This document shows, piece by piece, positions 57,673 through 64,000 of a stretch of 64,000 nucleotides of DNA; the first letter of the stretch is position 1, and each line of letters begins with the position of its first letter. The notes under the pieces are model-generated. The model made no database searches, was not told the DNA's origin, and saw only the letters and a program-made list of their open reading frames with translations. Location of the stretch: NCBI GenBank assembly GCA_963736855.1, contig CAVTQK010000015.1:352001-416000 (forward strand), in the 5' to 3' direction. This DNA comes from an uncultured delta proteobacterium (GTDB lineage: Bacteria > Desulfobacterota > Desulfobacteria > Desulfobacterales > UBA2156). The translations under genes were made by a program, and so were the position numbers.

Positions 57673-59028
57673 TCAGTACTGGCCCGTTTCCAACTTCCGG
57701 CAAAGGTATTCCACTTGTTGCTGGATCTGCTGGTTTTCTTTTACGCCCCGTTCAATGAGATTCACCGAATGAATGGCCGTGGCGTGATACCGGTTAAAGC
57801 TTTTTCCGATTTCCTGGAGAGTTGCATCCGTGTACTTTCGGGTCAGGTACATGGCGATCTGTCTCGGACGGAGGACGGTCTGTTTCCGGGAACGGGAGGT
57901 CAATTCATCCGGGGAGATCCGGTATTGTTTGCAGATGAGCCGCTTGATGGCATCCACCGTGATGTTTCTCCGGTGCTGAACCATATTCTTGACCACGCTT
58001 CCCGCAAGGTTCAAATCCAAAGGCGCACACAGCAATGAAGCCTTGGCCATCACCCCGGACAGGCCGCTTTCCAGTTGCCGGACATCGTCGGTAAGTTCGC
58101 TGGCCAGATATTGAATGATATCATCGCAGATCTGATATCCATTGAATTTGACCTTCTGTTTTAATATTTTAATCCGAGTCGCATAATCCGGGGCTTCGAT
58201 GTTGGAAATCAAACTGGAGCAAAGCCTGGATTTCAGCTTGTCGTTGATCTTTGGAATGTCCAAAGGCAAATGGCAGCTGGTAAAGATGATCTTCTTATCC
58301 ACGCCCAATAAGTCTTCCAGGATAAAATTTAATTCGATCTGAGTCCGATTTTTCCCGGAAAGTAAATGGATGTCTTCCAGGAGAAGCACATCGCATCGGC
58401 TTCGGTATTTTTCTTTAAACGCATCGATGGTCCCGGACTTGAAGGCATGGATCATTTCCAGGGCAAAATCTTCAGCCGTGATATAATAAACCCGCTCGTT
58501 GGGAAAATAGGATAGAACATGGTGTCCCACAGCCTGAGAAAGGTGACTTTTCCCCAAACCCGGCTTGGCCATCAACAGAAGTGCACTTTGCTGGGACTTT
58601 TTGGAGCATGCCAAAGAAAGAGCTGCCGAATAAGCAAAATCATTGCCGGTTCCCACTACAAACTGGTCGAAAGTGAAGTCCGATCGGAGAGTTTTACCGT
58701 TATGGGGCATGGGGTGGATGTTGGGAAGGGGAATCTGATTATCCTCCAAAGGATCCTTCTGCCCCTTTTTATGCCCGTTGGATTCGGAAATCTCAAAAAC
58801 AACCTGATTTTCAAATCCCAGCACCTCCCGGATTTCCGATGTGATCAAATCCCCGTACTGGGTCATCATCCGTTTCATTGAAAAGGCGTTGGGACTTTGA
58901 AGAACGATCTGGGGCCCTGTTTCCGGTTTTTGAACGACCGGCTCGATCCACATCCGATAACAATGAGCCGGGATCCGGTCTTGAATCCTGCTTTTCACCT
59001 GGTCCCAGATCGTTTCCAATGCATCCAT
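57673..59028 (-). CDS. dnaA: DnaA-family replication initiator (divergent, possibly a second paralogue)
   Basis: FTFDQFVVG, PGLGKSHL, LLLEDIH, VRQLE; domain IV RQIAMYL...EIGKSFNRYHATAIHS. Confidence 0.88.
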   Translation of the reverse strand: MDALETIWDQVKSRIQDRIPAHCYRMWIEPVVQKPETGPQIVLQSPNAFSMKRMMTQYGDLITSEIREVLGFENQVVFEISESNGHKKGQKDPLEDNQIPLPNIHPMPHNGKTLRSDFTFDQFVVGTGNDFAYSAALSLACSKKSQQSALLLMAKPGLGKSHLSQAVGHHVLSYFPNERVYYITAEDFALEMIHAFKSGTIDAFKEKYRSRCDVLLLEDIHLLSGKNRTQIELNFILEDLLGVDKKIIFTSCHLPLDIPKINDKLKSRLCSSLISNIEAPDYATRIKILKQKVKFNGYQICDDIIQYLASELTDDVRQLESGLSGVMAKASLLCAPLDLNLAGSVVKNMVQHRRNITVDAIKRLICKQYRISPDELTSRSRKQTVLRPRQIAMYLTRKYTDATLQEIGKSFNRYHATAIHSVNLIERGVKENQQIQQQVEYLCRKLETGQY

Positions 59029-59629
59029 ATTAAAAATAAAAGTCCCATTCCCGATTGAGTTCGTGAAAACGATGCGCTGAAAAACCGTATCCGCCGATTG
59101 CCGATCGCGTGGGAGATTTTCGGGTCTGCGTCGATGACAGGGTTCCTTCTATGGTAAGAGGGCAATGCTGTCAAATCGGATGGTTTGGGTTTTTCATGAA
59201 CTTCTTAACAGATTATTAACATTTCACAACTAATTGTTATTATTTAATTATTGTATACTTAAAAGCCAACTGCCCCAAAACATGATGCTTTTTTTACCGG
59301 GGGTTTCTCCAAGCATTTTGGACACATCCATGACCGTCTCTCAAATATGCACAATCCGGCTTTGAAAAAAAATCTTTCAATTTCTATATTTTTCTTTGAT
59401 TTTTGAAAAATTTCATATACCGACATCCGGCTCGCTTGGAAAAAATCATTTAAAGAAGAGATTAACTTCGGTTTTCGTTTGAAAGGCGGGGCAACCCCTT
59501 ATAAGGTGTCGCAAATGGTTGTGCTCCCGGACAGACTTTATATCCCTGAATAATACAGACGGACCCCTTGAATGCCTTAAAAAGCGTTCTTATCGTGATG
59601 CTCGGGTTCACTCAGGCAGAAAAATCGCA

Positions 59630-60655
59630 ATGAAAGCAAAATTCGATACACGACCCATTATTGTAGTTACCATGGGAGACCCTGTGGGAATCGGCCCCGA
59701 GATCGTTGTTAAAGCCATGGCACGGAGCAATTTTGATCATTTCTGCAAGCCCGTTATCCTGGGAGATCCCTTACGGTTGGAGGTTGCAAAAAAATGCGTG
59801 GGGATTTCCCCGGAAATACGTGTGATCAACAATCCGCGCCAAGGACATTATGAGGGCTCCTGCATCCATGTGATCCCTATCAGCCGTCTGAACCCGGAGA
59901 AAACCCGGTGGGGAAAGCCTACTCGATCCACGGCTGCCGCCGCAATCCGATATATCACCACGGCCGTGGATATGGTGCAACGGAAGGAAGCTTCCGCCAT
60001 GGTGACCTGTCCGATTCATAAAAATGCCTTCAGCCTGACGGGGCTGCCGCATGCCGGCCATACGGAACTCATTGCCGAACGGACCGGATCTTCCGATTTC
60101 ATCATGATGATGGCAGGAAGCAAATTGAGAGTCGCCCTGGTTACCATCCACGAACCCCTCAGGGAAGTGCCCGGCCTGATTACACAGGAACGGGTCGTTC
60201 GCACCATCGTTTTAACTGCGCAGGGCCTCATGGAGCGCTTCGGTGTTCACAAACCCCGCCTGGCCGTTTCCGGACTAAACCCGCATGCCGGAGAGAACGG
60301 CCGGTTCGGGGACGAAGAAAAACGGATCCTGGGGCCGGCCATTCGCCGAACCCTCCGGAAAGGGTATCGGGTGGAGGGCCCCTATCCTCCTGACACCGTG
60401 TTTTACCGGGCCCTCACGGGAGCCTTTGATGCGGTGATCGCCCTGTATCATGACCAGGGCCTGATCCCTTTCAAGCTCATTCATTTCAACGACGGCGTCA
60501 ACACCACATTAGGCCTTCCTCTGATCCGAACCTCCGTCGATCATGGTACGGCTTATGACATCGCCGGAACCGGAAAGGCAGACCCGGGAAGCCTTGCAGC
60601 CGCCTTACGGATGGCTGCAGATCAGGTGCTCCACCGACGCAGGACGCTTTTATAG
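59630..60655 (+). CDS. pdxA: 4-hydroxythreonine-4-phosphate dehydrogenase
   Basis: TMGDPVGIGPE, GHTE, LNPHAGE, YHDQGLIP and RTSVDHGTA. Confidence 0.95.
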   Translation: MKAKFDTRPIIVVTMGDPVGIGPEIVVKAMARSNFDHFCKPVILGDPLRLEVAKKCVGISPEIRVINNPRQGHYEGSCIHVIPISRLNPEKTRWGKPTRSTAAAAIRYITTAVDMVQRKEASAMVTCPIHKNAFSLTGLPHAGHTELIAERTGSSDFIMMMAGSKLRVALVTIHEPLREVPGLITQERVVRTIVLTAQGLMERFGVHKPRLAVSGLNPHAGENGRFGDEEKRILGPAIRRTLRKGYRVEGPYPPDTVFYRALTGAFDAVIALYHDQGLIPFKLIHFNDGVNTTLGLPLIRTSVDHGTAYDIAGTGKADPGSLAAALRMAADQVLHRRRTLL

Positions 60656-60676
60656 GTGTCATCCAGGGATTCAGAA

Positions 60677-63505
60677 ATGATCACCGATCAGATCATCATC
60701 CAAGGTGCGCGGCAGCACAACCTTAAAAACATCGATGTTTCCATCCCAAGGAATAAGCTGGTTGTCATAACCGGCCTATCCGGATCCGGTAAATCGACGC
60801 TGGCTTTTGATACCCTTTATGCAGAAGGTCAACGCCGGTATGTGGAATCTCTTTCCACATATGCCCGTCAGTTTTTGGAGCGGATGGAAAAACCGGACGT
60901 TGACAGCATCGAAGGGCTTTCTCCGGCCATCGCCATTGAACAAAAATCCGCCGGCCATAACCCTCGATCCACAGTAGGGACCGTCACGGAAATTTATGAT
61001 TACCTCCGCCTGTTGTTCGCGAGGGTTGGCACGCCTTATTGCTATCAGTGCCATCGTCTTATCACCTCCCAGTCCATTGACCAGATCGTGGACCAGATCC
61101 TATCCCTGCCTCAGGGGACCCGAACCCTAATCCTGGCACCGTTAGTAAATCAGCAAAAGGGATCTCACGAGAAACTCTTTAAGAAGCTCATCAAGGAGGG
61201 TTTTGCCAGGGTCCGCGTCGATGGGATGTTATATGAAATTGAAGAGGTCCCTGCGCTGGTGAAAAACAAGAAGCACGATATCCAAGTCGTGGTGGATCGT
61301 CTCCAGGTTAAGGACGGCCTCAAAAGCCGTTTGGCCGATTCCCTGGAGCTGGCCATGGCCCAATCGGATGGGGTGGTCATTGTGGACGTTGTGGGGAAAG
61401 AGCCGATTCTGTTCAGCGAAAAAGCGGCATGTATCCACTGCGGTATCAGCTACCCCGAACTCACACCGGCAAGCTTCTCCTTCAATTCCCCTCAGGGAGC
61501 CTGTCCGAAATGCGACGGGATGGGCACCATCACCGAATTCGATCCGGGTTTGATCGTTCCCAATCCGAGCCTTTCCCTAAGGGAGGGGGCGGTGGCTCCC
61601 TGGGCCAACCGCAATTCGATCTATTTCGCCGAATTCCTCGAGGCTCTGACGCAACATTACCGCGTGGATATTTTTACACCCTTCAAGGACCTTCCGGAAC
61701 CCTTCAAACAGGCCTTATATTATGGTTCCGGAGATGAAGTCATCACTTTCTATTTCGAGCGTGACAACCGACGATATACTTACCAGAGACCCTTTGAAGG
61801 GATAATCCCCAATCTTCAGCGACGTTACATGGAAACCGACTCCCACCAGATGCGGGAGGAGATTCAGCAGTATATGAACTTTCAGTCGTGCCCCGAATGC
61901 CAAGGGACGCGACTGAGGCCCGAAAGCCGAAGCGTTCGGGTAGGGGGGAAAACCATATCCGAGGCCACCGCATTTTCCGTTGAAAGGGCCAATGCTTTTT
62001 TCCTGGATTTGAAACTTGTCGGGAAGCGCCGGATCATCGCCGAACGGATTCTCAAGGAGATCGTGGATCGGCTTGGATTTTTGAAAAATGTGGGACTGGG
62101 CTATCTGACTCTGGATCGCTCGGCCAACACCCTGTCCGGCGGCGAGAGTCAGCGGATCCGGCTTGCCACCCAAATCGGATCCAAGCTGACCGGTGTCCTT
62201 TATGTCCTAGACGAACCGAGCATCGGACTTCATCAACGGGATAACCGGCGTCTTTTGGACACGCTCGTGAAGATGCGGGACATCGGTAATACCATTCTTG
62301 TGGTCGAACACGACGAGGAAACCATCCGACAGGCGGATCACGTCATCGACATGGGACCTGGGGCCGGAATCCATGGCGGCGAGGTCGTCTTTTCCGGGGA
62401 CCCGGAAGCATTGGCCGCCGATTCCCGGTCCCTGACCGGGCAGTACCTGTCGGGGGTAAAAAAAATAGAGGTTCCTAAATACCGGCGTAAAGGACATGGA
62501 ACCCAACTCATCGTCGAAAAAGCCTCCCAAAACAACCTCAAGAATCTCACCGTAACCTTCCCTCTCGGCTGCCTGATCTGTGTCACCGGTGTTTCCGGAT
62601 CCGGGAAATCCACCCTTGTCCTGGAAACCCTTTATCGCGCCCTGTCCCAAAAGCTTTATCGCGTAAGGGTTCCGGCAGGCGCTCATGAACGGATCATCGG
62701 CATTGAACATATGGACAAGGTGATCCACATCGATCAGTCCCCCATCGGACGGACGCCCCGATCAAATCCGGGCACATATACCGGAGTCTTCACGTTTATT
62801 CGGGAACTTTTTTCCAAAACTCCCGACTCCAGGGCTAGGGGCTATAAAGCCGGCCGTTTCAGTTTCAATGTGAAAGGGGGACGATGCGAGGCCTGCACAG
62901 GAGACGGCATCATCAAAATCGAAATGCACTTCCTGCCGGATATTTACGTTCCCTGCGACGTGTGCCGAGGAAAACGATACAACCGGGAAACCCTCGAGAT
63001 CCGTTACAAAGGAAAGAACATCACCGACGTATTGGAGATGACCGTGAACCAGGCGTTGCAGTTTTTCGCAAACATCTCCGCCATTCGTTCAAAACTGCAG
63101 ACGCTAATGGACGTGGGGCTGGGGTATATCCGATTGGGTCAGCCGGCCACCACCCTTTCCGGTGGAGAGGCCCAGAGAGTCAAACTGTCCCGGGAACTGA
63201 GCAAGAGAGGTACCGGGAAGACCATCTATTTTCTGGATGAACCCACCACCGGACTCCACATGGACGACATCCGCAAGCTTTTAACCGTGCTCAATCGCCT
63301 AGTGGATGCCGGAAACACCGTCGTCGTCATCGAGCACAACCTGGATGTCATCAAGTGCGCCGATTACATCATCGACTTGGGACCCGAAGGGGGGGATGCA
63401 GGAGGTCAATTAGTGGGTTGCGGGACACCCGAAGCCGTCTCCGGCCTCACCCACTCCTACACCGGGCAGTTTCTTAAAAAGGTCCTTCCCGCCTCATACC
63501 GCTGA
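60677..63505 (+). CDS. uvrA: Excinuclease ABC subunit A
   Basis: [17 protein letters not shown], two ABC cassettes and zinc fingers. Confidence 0.98.
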   Translation: MITDQIIIQGARQHNLKNIDVSIPRNKLVVITGLSGSGKSTLAFDTLYAEGQRRYVESLSTYARQFLERMEKPDVDSIEGLSPAIAIEQKSAGHNPRSTVGTVTEIYDYLRLLFARVGTPYCYQCHRLITSQSIDQIVDQILSLPQGTRTLILAPLVNQQKGSHEKLFKKLIKEGFARVRVDGMLYEIEEVPALVKNKKHDIQVVVDRLQVKDGLKSRLADSLELAMAQSDGVVIVDVVGKEPILFSEKAACIHCGISYPELTPASFSFNSPQGACPKCDGMGTITEFDPGLIVPNPSLSLREGAVAPWANRNSIYFAEFLEALTQHYRVDIFTPFKDLPEPFKQALYYGSGDEVITFYFERDNRRYTYQRPFEGIIPNLQRRYMETDSHQMREEIQQYMNFQSCPECQGTRLRPESRSVRVGGKTISEATAFSVERANAFFLDLKLVGKRRIIAERILKEIVDRLGFLKNVGLGYLTLDRSANTLSGGESQRIRLATQIGSKLTGVLYVLDEPSIGLHQRDNRRLLDTLVKMRDIGNTILVVEHDEETIRQADHVIDMGPGAGIHGGEVVFSGDPEALAADSRSLTGQYLSGVKKIEVPKYRRKGHGTQLIVEKASQNNLKNLTVTFPLGCLICVTGVSGSGKSTLVLETLYRALSQKLYRVRVPAGAHERIIGIEHMDKVIHIDQSPIGRTPRSNPGTYTGVFTFIRELFSKTPDSRARGYKAGRFSFNVKGGRCEACTGDGIIKIEMHFLPDIYVPCDVCRGKRYNRETLEIRYKGKNITDVLEMTVNQALQFFANISAIRSKLQTLMDVGLGYIRLGQPATTLSGGEAQRVKLSRELSKRGTGKTIYFLDEPTTGLHMDDIRKLLTVLNRLVDAGNTVVVIEHNLDVIKCADYIIDLGPEGGDAGGQLVGCGTPEAVSGLTHSYTGQFLKKVLPASYR

Positions 63506-63532
63506 ATCCGAAAGGGAACCATCGGCGAAAAA

Positions 63533-63582
63533 TAAAAAAAGGAGCCGACCCTTCAAAGAAGGACTCGGCCCCCCTTTTGTTT
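63533..63582. terminator. Bidirectional terminator-like hairpin between uvrA and atpE
   Basis: AAAAAAAGGAGCCGA...TCGGCCCCCTTTTGTTT. Confidence 0.55.
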
Positions 63583-63593
63583 CTTAGGCGAAA

Positions 63594-63878
63594 TTAATGG
63601 GCGGCGAAAATCTTCGCGATCGCCGCTGCCTGAGGATGCGCGTAAATGAGAATCAGCGCGATGACGAGTGCATAAATACACAACGACTCGATCATGGCCA
63701 GGCCGATCAACATCGTGACGGTCACCTTACCGGAGGATTCCGGGTTCCTCGCAATCCCCTCAACGGCCGCGCGCAGTCCGAGGCCCTGAGCAATGCCGCA
63801 GAAAGATGCCGCAATGGCGATCCCGAAACCTGCCGCTGTCACGCTTGCGATAAAAAATTTCAATGCTTCTGCTTCCAT
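63594..63878 (-). CDS. atpE: F0F1 ATP synthase subunit c
   Basis: GIARNPE loop; GLAMIESLCIYAL; AAGGAGG RBS. Confidence 0.96.
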   Translation of the reverse strand: MEAEALKFFIASVTAAGFGIAIAASFCGIAQGLGLRAAVEGIARNPESSGKVTVTMLIGLAMIESLCIYALVIALILIYAHPQAAAIAKIFAAH

Positions 63879-64000
63879 TCGTCCTCTACCTCCTTTTTAA
63901 GTATGGTTTCTGGGCTTCTTCCATAACCCATTTCCGCTTATGAAATCTCTTGTCCTCCGGCGCAGGTCTGTTGCTCCCCGGTGTTACCGCAGGATGAAAT

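Noticed and set aside
21..63926. Numerous short ORFs antisense to or overlapping recognised genes
   Set aside because: They are shadow frames of well-supported genes, with no motifs or RBS of their own.

Overview
Chromosomal window from an anaerobic bacterium of the Desulfobacterota (deltaproteobacterial sulfate-reducer) type. The lineage is inferred from gene content, not from a marker search. 1-9.2 kb: housekeeping genes (rplY, prs, tRNA-Gln, ispE, serA, sfsA), a PAS-sigma54 activator and a stand-alone CO dehydrogenase (cooS). 9.6-29.8 kb: a redox and oxygen-defence region with a probable UxxC selenoprotein, peroxiredoxin, glutaredoxin plus ferredoxin:thioredoxin reductase, nqrABCDEF (NqrA retains two 4Fe-4S motifs), citrate synthase, Fur/PerR, rubrerythrin, desulfoferrodoxin, ferritin, rubredoxins, flavodoxin, a triheme cytochrome, an Isf-ArsC fusion and FprA. 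29.8-49.0 kb: an accessory island of about 19 kb divided into 2.5-4.6 kb modules by six co-oriented copies of an IS91-family (rolling-circle) element end, with catalytically dead transposase remnants. Its cargo is a probable Sec-containing YeeE/YedE pair, CARDB and YVTN surface proteins, an octaheme/triheme/cytochrome b module, TAXI plus hybrid kinase, a sigma54 activator plus GNAT, a diguanylate cyclase, a PAS protein and gene fragments. This stacked cassette array is the best candidate for an undescribed system. 49-64 kb: housekeeping genes again (rpsF, rpsR, rplI, GlcD-like oxidase, suhB, hflX, dnaB, a divergent dnaA, pdxA, uvrA, atpE). All calls come from reading motifs by eye; no searches were run.
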